Assembly: GCA_963847445.1 (NCBI GenBank)
Contig: CAWJZV010000030.1
Location: forward strand, 544,001 to 608,000
DNA length: 64,000 nucleotides
Direction of reading: 5' to 3'
From: an uncultured delta proteobacterium
Lineage (GTDB): Bacteria; Desulfobacterota; Binatia; UBA9968
How positions within the stretch are numbered: the stretch's first letter is position 1; each line of letters begins with the position of its first letter. Below, one piece after another: positions 10,617 through 23,317 of this stretch. The position numbers and the translations under genes were made by a program. Below the pieces are notes generated by a model. That model worked only from the letters and a program-made list of their open reading frames with translations. It searched no databases and was not told the DNA's origin.

Positions 10617-11700
10617 CTATTTCCTCGCCTCTTCAACATACTTGCGCACGAAATCGACGACCTCCGCGGGCGCTCGCAGAACTTTTTCGCGCAGCTTTTC
10701 GCCATCCTCACCGATCTCAAAGCGCGGCTGAAAGCGCATGACTTTTTTCGCTTCGGCGATGAACTCTTCATCCTTGGCGAGCTGGCTGAATGCCTGGCGC
10801 ATGGTCAGCACCGCTTCCATGGGCGAGCCTGGCGGCAAGAGCGCCACACGGTTAAGATTCTGACTCGCCATGTTGGCAGCCTTGAGCGCTTCATATTTGA
10901 TCCCGCTCGGCGCTTTGCCGTGGATTTGCGTATAAACCTCGGTAAAAGAGCTGAGTTCGGGATAATCGGGGCTCTTACGCATGGTGCCATCGGGTGCGAT
11001 CACGTCGTGATAATAAAGCGGCGTCACCATGCCGGTCTTGACCATCTGCGGCTCGACCACGCCGCGGTACCCCGGAATGTTTTCGTCATGGTACTGAATC
11101 TCATTGCGCTGCACCGCCAGCCGCGCGTCGTTGCTGCTGTTGTAGCCGGTGACGTAATCGTACTTGACGCCAAGCACGTCGAAGGCCAAGCGAAAGCGCA
11201 AGTCCTTATTGCTATCGAAGGACAAACCGCCGGCGCGAAAACGGTCGGCCTTGATGATATCGGTCGGTTTCTTAATACCCGGCGGCGACATCCGAGCGAA
11301 TGTAGCACACCGTGACACCCGAGACTGACGCGATATAAGGCACCTTCATCAGATCGACGCGCAAGGTCGAGCTCTTCATCATCTGGTGATTATACGGCCC
11401 GGTAAAGTAACCCAAGGTCAACGCATCGGGCTTGGCTCGTTCACCGAGAAAGTTGATGCCGGTGACACCGCCGCCACCGGACATGTTCTGCACGACGATG
11501 GTCGGACTACCGGGAATGAAGCGCGCCAAGTGCCGCGCGACGATACGGCCTTCGATATCGGTCGGACCGCCGGCGCTGAAGTTGATGAAAAAAATAACCG
11601 TCTTGCCCTGATAAAAGGGCCGCTCCGCCGCTTGAGCTGTCGACGTTACGAGCATCGCGACCAACGCGAACAGGGGAAAACTACCTGCAATCCGTTTCAT
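10617..11700 (-). CDS. tctC: orphan TctC/Bug-family binding protein (frameshift ~11290)
   Basis: FYQGKT, AGGPTDIEGR, IVVQNMSGGGG, AKPDALTLG, VTGY...LAVQRNE. Confidence 0.85.
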
Positions 11701-11718
11701 TTAGCTACCTCCTTCAGG

Positions 11719-12639
11719 TCAACGCCCAGCCAGTTCCTTAAGCGCTTCTTTTTGAAAACTCTGATCGATATACTTGCTCCCGCTCGGCGCCGCTCCCTTT
11801 GACTGCGACGCTTCCCAATAGATCTGCGTCGCCACATTCATGCCCTCGATATTCACGCTGGCGTCGATGGGCCAAATCTTATGCTCGACGTAATACTCCC
11901 AGCCGCGCCGGGCGTAATCCGGCGTCATGTCCAACTCCTTCGCCATAAACGCCACCGCCGCTTCCTTGTTGGCATAAAACCAGCGGTGCACCGAGATCAT
12001 CGCGCGCATGAAGCGCACCATCAACGGCCGATTCTTCTCCGCCACCGGGCGCGACACCGTGAACGCGCCGAACTGGTAGCTCGGGATAACGTCGACGATC
12101 CGACCGACGCCGTGAAAACCCTGATCGGCGGCGATAAAGTTCAACGGCACCCCCAGCGCCGCCGCCTGCACCTGCCCCGCCGCCAGCGCCGCCAAGGTCG
12201 GCCCGGCGCTGCCGGTGGCGAGGATCTGATAGTCGCGGCCAAATTCAAGCCTTTGGCTTTCATATAACGGCGCAGGGCAAAGCCCAAGCCGGAGGTCGCG
12301 CTGGTAGCGCCGATGATCTTACCGCGTAAGTCGTTGAGCGTTTGGAATTGTTTGGTCGTCATGATGACCTGCGACAAGCCATTGATGGTGCCGCCGATCA
12401 TCGACAGATCGACGCCGCGCTCCACCGCGGCGATATGCGCGTCCGAGCCGGCCGACAGACCGAACCGCTGCCGGAAGAGCGGCGAATCCACTCGGCTCCA
12501 ATTCGGCAGCCAGCTTAGCGACGCACTCGCATAGAGACTCTGCTGATGCGTACGGAAACTTGACCGAGCGGAACCTGGTAAAACGAACACCAGCAGAACC
12601 GTGTCGGATTGCTCCTGATAGATCACTCATCCGATCCAT
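11719..12639 (-). CDS. NitT/TauT-type ABC solute-binding protein (disrupted, 5' part degraded)
   Basis: DLRGKIIGATS, AALAAGQVQAA, VRFMRAM, ARRGWEYY; paralogue of 9572-10558. Confidence 0.7.
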
Positions 12640-12973
12640 GATCCCACCATCCGCTCACGCGCGAGTTAGCCGACGGCCAATCATGTTCTCGTGCTCCATA
12701 GCGTCTCGACGTACTCTGTGCTGCGTAATGCGCTCGCCAGTGCGAAATCTTGCACCTCTCAGTCTATTGAGGAGTACATCGGGAACGGTTTTGTCGTCAA
12801 GCTAGATCGGCAAAGAGTCATCGGCTCAGTACGCTCGAAATGACAGCAATCTTCGCTGTCATCGCGAGGAGCCTCGCTTTCAGGCAGTATTCTCCTGACC
12901 TTCGTGGCCTTCGCGCCCTTCGTGGTGCAAGATGGCCTCGCGGCTAATTTCTCAATTGAGCGCGAGGACACCC

Positions 12974-14017
12974 ATGGCTCGGATAAAATTTGGCGTTGGT
13001 CTCTACGGCACCGATAGCGCGCAGGAAGCGGTGCAGCTGGCACGCACAGCCGACGCTTACGGCACGGAGAACGCCCGCGAAGCCGTCGCAGCTCGCGCGC
13101 AGCAGCCGAAGCGCTCGGCTACGACCGATTCTGGATCGGCGATTCGCACATGATCTGGCGCGAGCTCTACGTCCTCGCCGGCGCCATCGCCATGGCGACG
13201 AACAAAATCGCCATCGGCCCCGGCGTCACCCACCCGGCGGTACGCCATCTCACCGTCACCGCCAGCGCCATGGCGACCTTGCACGAGTTGACCGCAGGCC
13301 GTGTGTTTCTCGGCTTCGGCGTCGGCGCCAGCGGACCAGCCAACGTCGGCATGCAACCGGTGACGATGACTGAATTCGAAGCCAACATACGTAAACTTGA
13401 AGCGACTCCTGCGCGGCGAGCCGGTGCAATTCAATGGCACGGAAGCCCAATGTCTTTTTCCCTGCGGCGAGATTCCCATCTACATCGGCACCCGCGCGCC
13501 GCAGGTCATGAAAATGGCTTGCCGCCTGACGGCGGGATTCATCCACGCCGGCGCGTCCGATTCGCTAATCGCATTGGTGCAGCAGATCCAAAGCTATGCC
13601 CAAGCGGCGGGGAGAAAGTCTGGAGAAGTCGAGTTCATCTATCGTTTGCCCTGCGCCATCGACGATGACGCGGCGCAGGCCAGGAGCGCCGTCAAAGGGG
13701 TCGTGGCGCGCACCGCCATGACGCAATTGGGCCGTCTGTACGACCGCGGCCAGCTTGCTGATGAGGAAGACCGCAGCGCCATTGAACGCATGCGCCAAGA
13801 ATACGACACCTACCATCACATGGACGCCGCGCACGGCTATCTGGTTCGCGATCAATGGCTCGAGCGCTTTGCTTTAGCCGGCAGGGCAGATCACCTCAGA
13901 GCGAAAGTGCAGGAGTTCCTCGCCGCCGGCATCGATGAGCTGACGATCATCCCGTGCGGCCCGTCGAAGCAGACGACCCTCGAAAGATTTGCTCGCGATA
14001 TCATGGATAAAATCTGA
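12974..14017 (+). CDS. LLM-class (luciferase-like) flavin/F420-dependent oxidoreductase (frameshifted)
   Basis: GYDRFWIGDSH, GPGVTHPAVRH, TLHELTAGRVFLGFGVG, IPIYIG. Confidence 0.85.
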
Positions 14018-14096
14018 CTAAGATCGATGTCTTTCTCGCCTTCGTCGGTGAACATTCTTTATATCGTGGCGCCGATCATCTCTTACCTGGCGGCTC

Positions 14097-15974
14097 TCAA
14101 TTCACGGCATCGACGATCGCTCGATAGATATCCTCCGCCGCCCGCTCCTTGGTCACGCAAGCATAGGCGCCGGCATTTTTCATCGCCGCTTGGACGGACG
14201 GATCGCTGGCGAACGATAGCCCGATGACGATCACGCCGGGCTGGTCCTGAACGATGCGCCGGGTCGCCTCGATGCCATTCATCCCCGGCATGTTAACGTC
14301 CATGACGATGATGTCGGGCTTAAGCTCATGGGCCATGGCGATCGCCTCCCGGCCACCTTTGGCTTCGCCGACGACCCGGATGTCTTGGTGGTCTTCGAGA
14401 AGCCAGCGCAGTCCCTGGCGCACCATCTCGTGATCGTCCACCAAGGCGATGCGCAGATGCTTCTTCGCCGTGACCCTAAACTCTTCGAGCGCGGGGGGCT
14501 CAAACGAAGCTGCCGGCAACGCCGGCACGACGGCCGCCGGCAAGATCACTTTCACTGAAGTTCCTTGCCCCGGCGCCGATTCGACGACCAGCCGACCTTG
14601 ATGAAGTTCCACACGTTGGCGCATGCCGAACAGTCCGAACTTCTCGCTTCCGGCGGCCCGACTTTCGACGTTCGCTAGATCGAAGCCCCGGCCTCGGTCC
14701 GCGACCTCAAGCGTCAGCTCGCCATTTTTCAACTCATAGGAAACCTTCGCTTCTTTGGTCGCGCCATGCTTGACCACGTTCCATAAGAGTTCACGGGCGC
14801 ACTGAAAGGCCAAAATCGCCCGCGCCTCGTCCAGCACAAAGCCGGCGGGATCGCCGACGACCTCGACCCGCAACTCATGCTGCTGCTCCATCTGTTCGCC
14901 GAGCCAAGCGAGCGCCGCCGGCAGGCCGAGATCGTAGAGCACCTGCGGGCTCAGCTGCGCTATGAGCGTGCGCGTGAAGGCGATCGAATCGTCCAGCGAT
15001 TGCCGGGCGTCGGTGAAGGCATTCTTGGCGTTGTCCGACACGGCGAATTTTTCGACGCGGCCGAGATTGATTTGGCTGACAGCCAGCAATTGCCCCAGGT
15101 AGTCGTTCAACTCGGTCGCCAACCGATGCCGCTCCTGCTCTTCGGCGCGCGTCAATTGCTCGACGAAAGCACGGAGTTTCTTTTGCGAATCGCCCAGCGC
15201 TCGGGTCCGTTGGACCACCCGTTGATCGAGATCGGCGTTGAGCTGGCGCAACTCGCGCGTGCGCTGGTCCACCGTCTGCTCCAACATCGCATTGAGGCTG
15301 GTCAGCCGCTCCTTGCTATCGCGCAATTGAGCCTCGCCCGTGAGCACCGCGCGCACCACCGCCATACTGATCGTCAGCGCGATCGCCAGTCCAAGAAATA
15401 GCAGAGACAACGTAACGATCTCGGTTTTCTGGAGGCTGCCATGAGTTTCGGCACTGAGCGGGTTAAAGATGATTTCCGCGTCCGGCTGCAACTCGGTGTC
15501 CAAAAACCGCTCCAGCCTTAAAACCTGTTCCGCAAAGCGCTCCGACTGGTCGCTATTCGCCGTGCGCGCCACCATCAGCGCCTCGCCCAACGCGTAAACC
15601 TCCTGCCAGCCGGTGCGCAGCCGCCCCGCCAGTTCCCGTTGCCGCGCGGTATCGGCCAGCGCCGTATACCCATCGAGCTGCAGCGTCACGTCCGCTGCGT
15701 CTTTGGCCGCCCCTTGGCGCGCCGCATCGAAACCGCTCAGGTATCGCCATACGTTCAACGAATACCCGATGATATTGATTTCCAATTCGTGCCCCGCCGA
15801 GGGGCGAGGCTTGGCGGCGTTATGATCTTTCTGGAAACTCGTCGCCATCGATTGAAGCCGGACAAAATCGATGACGCCAATCAACACCAGGATCGATGTC
15901 AGCCCGCCACAGCCGAGCCAGAGCAGCCATCGCGCGCCGAGAGGGCGCAACCGCGGTATAAGCTTCATGGCCAT
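14097..15974 (-). CDS. hybrid sensor histidine kinase (HisKA_3 + HATPase + receiver), copy A
   Basis: Two TM segments, [45 protein letters not shown]. Confidence 0.9.
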   Translation of the reverse strand: MAMKLIPRLRPLGARWLLWLGCGGLTSILVLIGVIDFVRLQSMATSFQKDHNAAKPRPSAGHELEINIIGYSLNVWRYLSGFDAARQGAAKDAADVTLQLDGYTALADTARQRELAGRLRTGWQEVYALGEALMVARTANSDQSERFAEQVLRLERFLDTELQPDAEIIFNPLSAETHGSLQKTEIVTLSLLFLGLAIALTISMAVVRAVLTGEAQLRDSKERLTSLNAMLEQTVDQRTRELRQLNADLDQRVVQRTRALGDSQKKLRAFVEQLTRAEEQERHRLATELNDYLGQLLAVSQINLGRVEKFAVSDNAKNAFTDARQSLDDSIAFTRTLIAQLSPQVLYDLGLPAALAWLGEQMEQQHELRVEVVGDPAGFVLDEARAILAFQCARELLWNVVKHGATKEAKVSYELKNGELTLEVADRGRGFDLANVESRAAGSEKFGLFGMRQRVELHQGRLVVESAPGQGTSVKVILPAAVVPALPAASFEPPALEEFRVTAKKHLRIALVDDHEMVRQGLRWLLEDHQDIRVVGEAKGGREAIAMAHELKPDIIVMDVNMPGMNGIEATRRIVQDQPGVIVIGLSFASDPSVQAAMKNAGAYACVTKERAAEDIYRAIVDAVN

Positions 15975-15984
15975 TCCTTCATGC

Positions 15985-16505
15985 TAGATTAAGGCCGGAA
16001 GAACATCTCGCGTACTGGATCTTGTTCACCTTGCCCACTTCCGTGTGTGGCAGCGACTCGACGAAATCCACCGCCTTCGGCACTTTGTACGCCGACAGCC
16101 GCTCTTTGCAAAAACTCAGCAACTCGACACTGTCGAGTTTACCACCGGGCTTGAGCACGATCACCGCTTTCAATGCCTCTCCCCACTGCGGATCGGGCAC
16201 GCCGATGACGGCGGCTTCGAGAATATCGGGGTGCCGATAAATCACGCTCTCGATCTCCAGCGGATAGATGCTCATGCCGCCACTTTTAACCATATCTTTC
16301 TTGCGCCCCCAAAACAATATAGATAACCTTCCTCATCGAAGTAGCTAGAACCAGCCGTCGTGTCGGGATTTTTGTAAAAGCCATGGGCCACCAGCGGACT
16401 TTGGCTGATGATCTCGCCGATATCGCGGAATGAAAGACCAAGGTCCGCTGGGTAGCCAGGCAATCTTTGGAAAAACCCGTCGCCGTCGAGCAAACCGCTG
16501 TAGTT
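15985..16505 (-). pseudogene. internally deleted remnant of the acyl-CoA ligase at 18731-20255
   Basis: 15985-16345 closely matches 18727-19085; upstream are short pieces matching ~19130-19200, ~19690-19740 and ~19813-19835. Confidence 0.85.
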
Positions 16506-16550
16506 TTGTTCGTCATGGCCTCCTGAGAAAATACCTGTTAGGGGAGGGTC

Positions 16551-16790
16551 TCCATAACGAAGATATCACCTGGGTTCCGTCATGCCGCGAGAGCGTCACC
16601 CCGGTGAACACCGGGCGGTCCATCCCCATCGCCCAGAATCTGGATACCGTTCTTCAACGGTATGACGGACGCTGTCCGTCACCTGGATTCCCGCGTGCGC
16701 GGGAATCACGGGTCAAGCAGACCGCCTCTGGAGGAATCCCAGCCATTTTCATATTCTCTAGACGAGCGTAAGCTCATGGACACTTCGTGG
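16551..16790. repeat. REP/REPIN-like composite palindromic element
   Basis: cgtcatgccgcg...ctggattcccgcgtgcgcgggaatcacg followed by a tail shared with 58244-58288. Confidence 0.7.
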
Positions 16791-16801
16791 CTGGAAACTC
16801 C

Positions 16802-18710
16802 TTACAGGGCGCCGCCGATGCGCCCAGGTGGCGGCCGTTTATACACGGCATCGACGATCGCTCGATAGATATCCTCCGCCGCCCGCTCCTTGGTCACGCA
16901 AGCATAGGCGCCGGCATTTTTCATCGCCGCTTGGACGGACCGATCGCTGGCGGCAAACGATAGCCCGATGACGATCACGCCGGGCTGGTCCTGAACGATG
17001 CGCCGGGTCGCCTCGATGCCATTCAGCCCCGGCATGTTAACGTCCATGACGATGACGTCGGGCTTAAGCTCATGGGCCATGGCGATCGCCTCCCGGCCAT
17101 CTTTGGCTTCGCCGACGACCCGGATGTCTTGGTGGTCTTCGAGGAGCCAGCGCAGTCCCTGGCGCACCATCTCGTGATCGTCCACCAAGGCGATGCGCAG
17201 AGGCTTCTTCGCCGCGACCCTAAACTCTTCGAGCGCGGGCTCAAACGAAGCTGCCGGCGACGCCGGCACGACGGCCGCCGGCAAGATCACTTTCACTGAA
17301 GTTCCTTGCCCCGGCGCCGATTCGACGACCAGCCGACCTTGATGAAGTTCCACACGTTGGCGCATGCCGAACAGTACCGAACTTCTCGCTTCCGGCGGCC
17401 TGGCTTTCGACGTTCGCTAGATCGAAGCCCCGGCCTCGGTCCGCGACCTCAAGCGTCAACTCGCCATTTTTCAACTCATAGGAAACCTTCGCTTCTTTGG
17501 TCGCGCCATGCTTGACCACGTTCCATAAGAGTTCACGGGCGCACTGAAAGGCCAAAATCGCCCGCGCCTCGTCCAGCACAAAGCCGGCGGGATCGCCGAC
17601 GACCTCGACCCGCAACTCATGCTGCTGCTCCATCTGTTCGCCGAGCCAAACGAGCGCCGCCGGCAGGCCGAGATCGTAGAGCACCTGCGGGCTCAGCTGC
17701 GCTATGAGCGTGCGCGTGTAGGCGATCGAATCGTCCAGCGATTGCCGGACGTCGGCGAACGCATTCTTGGCATCCTCCGACACGGCGAATTTTTCGGCGC
17801 GGCCGAGATTGATTTGACTGAGAGCCAGCAATTGCCCCAGGTAGTCGTGCAACTCGGTCGCCAACCGATGCCGCTCCTGCTCTTCGGCGTGGGTCAATTG
17901 CTCGACGAAAGCACGGAGCTTCTTTTGCGAATCGCCCAGCGCTCGGGTCCGTTGGACGACCCGTTGATCGAGATCGGCGTTGAGCTCGCGCAACTCGCGC
18001 GTGCGCTCGTCCACCTTCTGCTCCAACGTCGTATTGAGACGGGTCAGCCGCTCCTCGCTGTCGCGCAGTCGAGCCTCGCCCGCGAGCACCGCGCGCACCA
18101 CCGCCCAGCCCGTTAACAGCGCGATCGTCAGTCCAAGAAACAGCAGAGACAACGTAACGATCTCGGATTTCTGAAGGCTGCCATGAGTTTCGGCGCTGAG
18201 CGCGTTAAAGATGATTTCCGCGTCCGGCTGCAACTCGGTGTCCAAAAACCGCTCCAGCCGTACAGCTGTTTCCGTGAACCGTGCCACCTCCTCGCGATTC
18301 GCCGTGCGCGCCGCCATCAGCGCCTCGCCCAACGCGTAAACCTCCTGCCAGCCGGTGCGCAGCCGCCCCGCCAGTTCCCGTTGCCGCGCGGTTTCGGCCA
18401 GCGCCGTATACCCATCGAGCTGCAGCGCCAAATTCGCTGCATACTTGGCCGTCCTTTGGCGCGCGAGATCGTCGCCCCTGAGGTATTGATGCACGCCCAA
18501 GGAATAGTCGAGGACGTTAAGTTCCAATTCCCGCGCGGTCGCGCTGCGCGGTTTCGCGACCTTAGTTTGTTTTTCGAAACTCGAAGCGACCGAGCGAACT
18601 CGAACGATAGCGATGATGCCGATCGACACCATTACCAATGTCAGCACGCCAAAGCCGAGCCAGAGCAGCCGCCTTGTGCCGAAAACGCGTGACCAAAGTT
18701 TCGGATTCAA
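16802..18710 (-). CDS. hybrid sensor histidine kinase-receiver, copy B (frameshift ~17375)
   Basis: [13 protein letters not shown]-box; near-identical to copy A over kinase and receiver domains. Confidence 0.9.
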
Positions 18711-18730
18711 GCAAACTCCATGAGTTTAGA

Positions 18731-20255
18731 TTACAGCCGCAAGAACATCTCGCGTACCTGGATCTTATTCACCTTGCCTACTTCCGTGTGTGGCAGCGAC
18801 TCGACGAAACTCCACCGACTTCGGCACTTTGTATGCCGACAAACGCTCTTTGCAAAAACTCAGTAACTCGACACCGTCCAGTTTAGCACCGGGCTTGAGC
18901 ACGATCACCGCTTTCAATGCCTCGCCCCACTGCGGATCGGGCACGCCGATGACGGCGGCTTCGAGAATATCGGGGTGACTGTAAATCACGCTCTCGATCT
19001 CCAGCGGATAGATGCTGATGCCGCCGCTCTTCACCATGTCCTTCTTGCGGCCCGACACGAACAGATAGCCTTCTTCGTCGAAGTAGCCGAGATCGCCGGT
19101 GTAAAACCAGCCGTCGCGAAATGAAGCGTCGGTGGCCTCGGGATTTTTGTAATAGCCGTGAGTCGCCAGCGGACTCTGGCAGATGATCTCGCCGACCTCG
19201 CCGACTTGCACCGGCTTGCCGGCATCGTCGACGATGCGCAGATCGACGCACCACACCGGCCGGCCCGCTGAATTCGCTTTTTCTGCCGCATCACCGGGTT
19301 TCGAAATCGCCATCTGGCCCGAATCGGTCGATGCATAGGTCCGATAGATATTCGGCGTGAGATTTTTCTTGAGCGATTCAAGCACGGCGGGATGAACCTT
19401 GCCGCCGGTGATCGCCAAACAGCGCAGCGAGCTGGTGTCGTATTTCTTCGACTCCAGAACATGCAGCATGCGCTCGCACATCACCGGCACCGCGCCGACG
19501 TAGGTGACCTTTTCACGCTCGATGGTCTTGTAGTACTTCGTCGGCGTCAAAGCGCTCGTGCAAAATCATCGTGCCGCCGAAGTAGATAATCCCCAGGGTA
19601 AACGACCGCCCGGCGTTGAAATAAATCGGCGACGACAAAATCGCCTTGTCGTGAGCGCCAAGCCCCTTTTCGATGGCGTTGTTGATGCAGTGAAAGACAA
19701 ACGTCCGCTGCGTCGCCAGGCAACCTTTGGGAAAACCCGTGGTACCCGAAGTAAGCAAAACGGCAAACGGATCGTCTTCGCTGACCTCGAACCTCCGGCT
19801 CGTCGGCACTCTGGCCGTCGAGCAAGCCGCTGTAGCTCAAGTCAGCCGAAAGCGAAATCGCTTTGATCGAACTAAGATCTTTCAACTCCTTGGCCTTGGC
19901 GAACTCGTCGACGCAGTCCTCCTGGAGAATGATGAAACGCGGCTCCAGAGCGGCGACTACGGACACCAGCTCCAGCGCCTTCCATTTCACATCGAGCGGG
20001 ATCGCCAGGGCGCCGATCTTGGCGGTGGCGAAAACAATCTCCAAGATGCTCGATCCGATTGCCCACCGACAACGCCACGCCGTCGCCGCGCTTCACGCCG
20101 ATGGCCAGCAAGCCGTTGGCGAGCCGGTTCACCCGCGCATTGAGCTCGCCATAGGTCGTTTGGCGAAACTTATCCCGCGCCGCGATCTTGAGCGGAAACT
20201 TCCAGGCGTTCCGGCGCAAGCCGTCGCCCATTAACATTGGAATACTTGTGCCCAT
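18731..20255 (-). CDS. acyl-CoA synthetase / AMP-binding ligase (frameshifted)
   Basis: LLTSGTTGFPKG P-loop, GWFYTGDLG, GRKKDMVKSGG, YKVPK. Confidence 0.9.
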
Positions 20256-20260
20256 AGTTC

Positions 20261-20382
20261 GATTTTGGATTTTCGATTTTGGATTTTGGATTAACAGATA
20301 AGAATTCCAGGTGCGCAGAAATACCGCAATAGCCTCGACATTCCGACAATCCAAAATCCAAAACCTCTGAAAATCCAAAATT
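20261..20382. repeat. GATTTTG/AATCCAA heptamer inverted-repeat element (STRR-like)
   Basis: gattttggattttcgattttggattttggatt...aatccaaaatccaaaa...aaatccaaaat. Confidence 0.85.
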
Positions 20383-20383
20383 C

Positions 20384-21202
20384 CTACCGTCCTTTCCAGT
20401 TCGCCGGCCGCTTTTCGACGAACGCCTTGGACCCTTCCTTGGCGTCTTCGGTCTGCATCACCATGCTTTGTAAGTCGGACTCGTAGCGAAGGCCTTGCTC
20501 GAATGGCATGTCGAGCCCTTTGTAGATCGCTTCCTTGATGTAGCGCAGCGCCAGCGGCGCGCCTTTGAGAAACGACTGCGCCATTTTTTCGCCGGCGGGG
20601 ATCAACTGATCGTAGGGCACCACTTGATTGACCAGGCCGATGCGGTGGCACTCGGCGGCGTCGTACAATTCGCCGGAAAGGCAAATTTCCAGCGCTTTGG
20701 GCAAGCCCGACCAGCCGCGGCAGCCGCTGGGTGCCGCCGGAACCGGCCATGAAACCGAGCCGCACTTCGCTGACGCCGAGCCGCGCGCCTTCGGCGGCGA
20801 TGCGAATGTCGCAAGCCATGCTCATCAGCAATCCCGTGCCGACGGTGTAGCCATGCAGCAACGCGATGGTGATCTTGTTCATCGCCGCGATCGCCGGCGC
20901 CGGCGTGCCGGGGATCGCATTGTATTTCTCCTGGCGCGCCACCAGCGGCGACGGCACCGGTCCAGCCGCCTCGGCGGCATTGGCCGCGCCCGGTCTTTGA
21001 TATCGCCGCCGACCGAAAACGCCCGCTCGCCGTTGGCCTTGAAGATCACGACCTGAACATTCGGATCGTCCTCGGCGGCGCGGCAATAGCCGACAATCGC
21101 CTTCACCATGTCGCGGTTCACCGCGTTCAACGACTCCGGCCGATTGAGCGTGATCCACGCGATCTTGTCTTTAACTTCGTAGAGAATTTTTTCGTCTGCC
21201 AT
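20384..21202 (-). CDS. enoyl-CoA hydratase/isomerase family protein (frameshifted)
   Basis: LNRPESLNA, AFSVGGD, CDIRIAA, GSGGTQRLPRLVG, AFVEKR. Confidence 0.85.
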
Positions 21203-21368
21203 TCTTACCTCCATTTTGGATTCTAGATTTCGGATTGTCGGCGAAGCCGACTGCGTGCGCCCTCCGAACGGGCGGACATTGGAGCGCGGACATTCTTGTC
21301 CGCGGTTAATCACGAGTTGGAAATCTCGCGCTCCCTTACTCCGCCCCTACCATTGCATCTTGCCTTCT

Positions 21369-22449
21369 TCACCTGATCACCTTATCCGCTCGATACAGCA
21401 GCGACTGCGGAATCGTCACGCCGATCTGCTTGGCGTCTTGAGATTGAATCACCAGCTCGAACTTCGTCGGCTGCTCCACCGGCAGGTCGGCAGGCTTGGC
21501 TCCTTTGAGGATTCTGTCCACGTAATATGCGACGCGCCGGTAGCTGTCCGCTTGGTCCGCCCCGTAGGACATGAGCCCACCGGCATCTACAGCATCCTCT
21601 GCTGGTGTACATCGACGGTAACCGGCTCTTTAACGCAAAGCCGACGATCCGTTTTTGATTAGCACCCATTAGCGCGTCCCGTGAGCACGTAGAGTCCATC
21701 CGGGCGCTGCTTGTTTAGCGCAGCGAATACCTTCTCAAAATCGTCCGCAGCTCGTACCTCCCAAGGCTGAATAGTCAACCCCAGCGCACGCGCCGCGACC
21801 GGGAGAACCTCTTTCAGTTCGAGTACACTGTTCGGAGTGGCCGGATCGTAGAGAACCGCGACACGGGCAAGTTTGGGAACGGCTTCTTTGAGCAGCTCCA
21901 GCCGCTTCCCGCCTAGCTCTCTGGCAAGGTTTGTAAGGCCGGTGACGTTGCCGCCGGGACGGGCAAGGCTTTCAATCAGGCCTGCCTCGACAGGATCGGC
22001 ACCCACCGCCCATCATAACGATGGGAATCGTCTTGGTCGCATTCATGGCCGCCCGGACTGGCATGGTCCCTCCTGCTACCACGATGATATCAACCTTGAG
22101 ACGCACCAACTCGGCGGCAAGCTCAGGGAACCGCTCGCGCTTCCCCTCCGCATATCGGTACTCGATGGCGATGTTCTGTCCTTCTATGTGGCCACGCTCG
22201 CGCAGAGCCAGCCGAATTGCCTCGGCACGGGTTCGGACTCACTAGCTGGATCGCGCGATCGATAGATAGCCGATCCGAGGGACCTTCTTCGGCTGCTGAG
22301 CCTCAACCCCGACCCCCAACACCACGAGCATCGACAACAAGAACGCCGAACCATTTTATTCTGCAGGGGTTTTGCCTCACCGCTTTTAGATTTTGGATTA
22401 CCGGAGCGAAACGCACGACAATTACAACGTCGGAAATATTCTTATGCAC
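21369..22449 (-). CDS. ABC_sub_bind-type substrate-binding protein (frameshifted; start uncertain)
   Basis: QQPKKVPRIGYL, SLARPGGNVTG, KRLELLKE, GAKPADLPVEQPTKFELVI. Confidence 0.8.
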
Positions 22450-22496
22450 TGTCGGATTCCTCAATCCAAAATCCAAACTCGAAAATCCAAAATTCC

Positions 22497-23294
22497 TCAT
22501 TTTCCCTTCCACACCGGCGCGCGCTTTTCCGCGAACGCCTTCGGTCCTTCTTTGCTATCCTCCGTCGTTCCCACCAAGGCTGACAGATCCGACTCCAAGC
22601 GAAAACCTTCGTCGATGGACAACTGCACGCCTTTGGTGATCGCTTCTTTGATGAACATCACCGACATCGGCGCGCCTTTGAGGATGCGACTGGCCAATTC
22701 TTCCGCCGCTTTCATGACATCGGCCGCCGGCACCGCATGGTTGACCAGTCCCAGTTTCTCCGCTTCCGCGCCGCTAACGTTGTCGCCGGTTAGGCAGATT
22801 TCCAGCGCCTTGGCCACGCCGACGGTGCGCGCCAACCGCTGGGTCCCGCCAGCGCCAGGAATAATCCCGCGCTTCACTTCAGCCAGCCCCAACTTGGCGT
22901 CTTCCGCGGCGATGCGCATGTCGCAGGCCAGAGCAAATTCGAGCCCGCCGCCGACACAATAGCCGCGAATCGCCGCGATGGTCGGCTTGGTCAGCGCCGC
23001 CACGGCGCGGCTCTGCGAGTTGATGGTTATCCCTGAAAGCTTCGCGGCGCGCCGTTCAATCGGCGAGACCGCGCTCTCGGCGCGCTCTTTCAAGTCCATG
23101 CCAGCCGAAAACGCCCGCTCCCCCGCGCCCGTGAAGATCGCCAGGCGAATCGCCGCATCGTCCTCGATCTGTTTGCACGCCTCGACCAGCTCACGCGCCA
23201 TTTGCCGGTTGACCGCGTTCATCGACTCGGGCCGGTTAAACGTCACCCAAGCGATTTGATTGCGCACTTCGAATAGAATCGTTTCAAAAGCCAT
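22497..23294 (-). CDS. enoyl-CoA hydratase (crotonase)
   Basis: AFSAGMDL, GGGLEFALACD, LAEVKRGIIPGAGGTQRL; both catalytic Glu positions present. Confidence 0.92.
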   Translation of the reverse strand: MAFETILFEVRNQIAWVTFNRPESMNAVNRQMARELVEACKQIEDDAAIRLAIFTGAGERAFSAGMDLKERAESAVSPIERRAAKLSGITINSQSRAVAALTKPTIAAIRGYCVGGGLEFALACDMRIAAEDAKLGLAEVKRGIIPGAGGTQRLARTVGVAKALEICLTGDNVSGAEAEKLGLVNHAVPAADVMKAAEELASRILKGAPMSVMFIKEAITKGVQLSIDEGFRLESDLSALVGTTEDSKEGPKAFAEKRAPVWKGK

Positions 23295-23317
23295 CTTGTT
23301 CCTACCTTTCTTGAATG

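Noticed and set aside
12640-12960. Possible small gene or ncRNA in the divergent gap
   Set aside because: No convincing ORF, RBS or recognisable RNA motif; only a short CTTCG repeat.
14097-18710. Kinase duplication as a pure assembly artefact
   Set aside because: The copies have clearly different N-termini, 3' ends and flanks, although local polishing cross-talk cannot be excluded.
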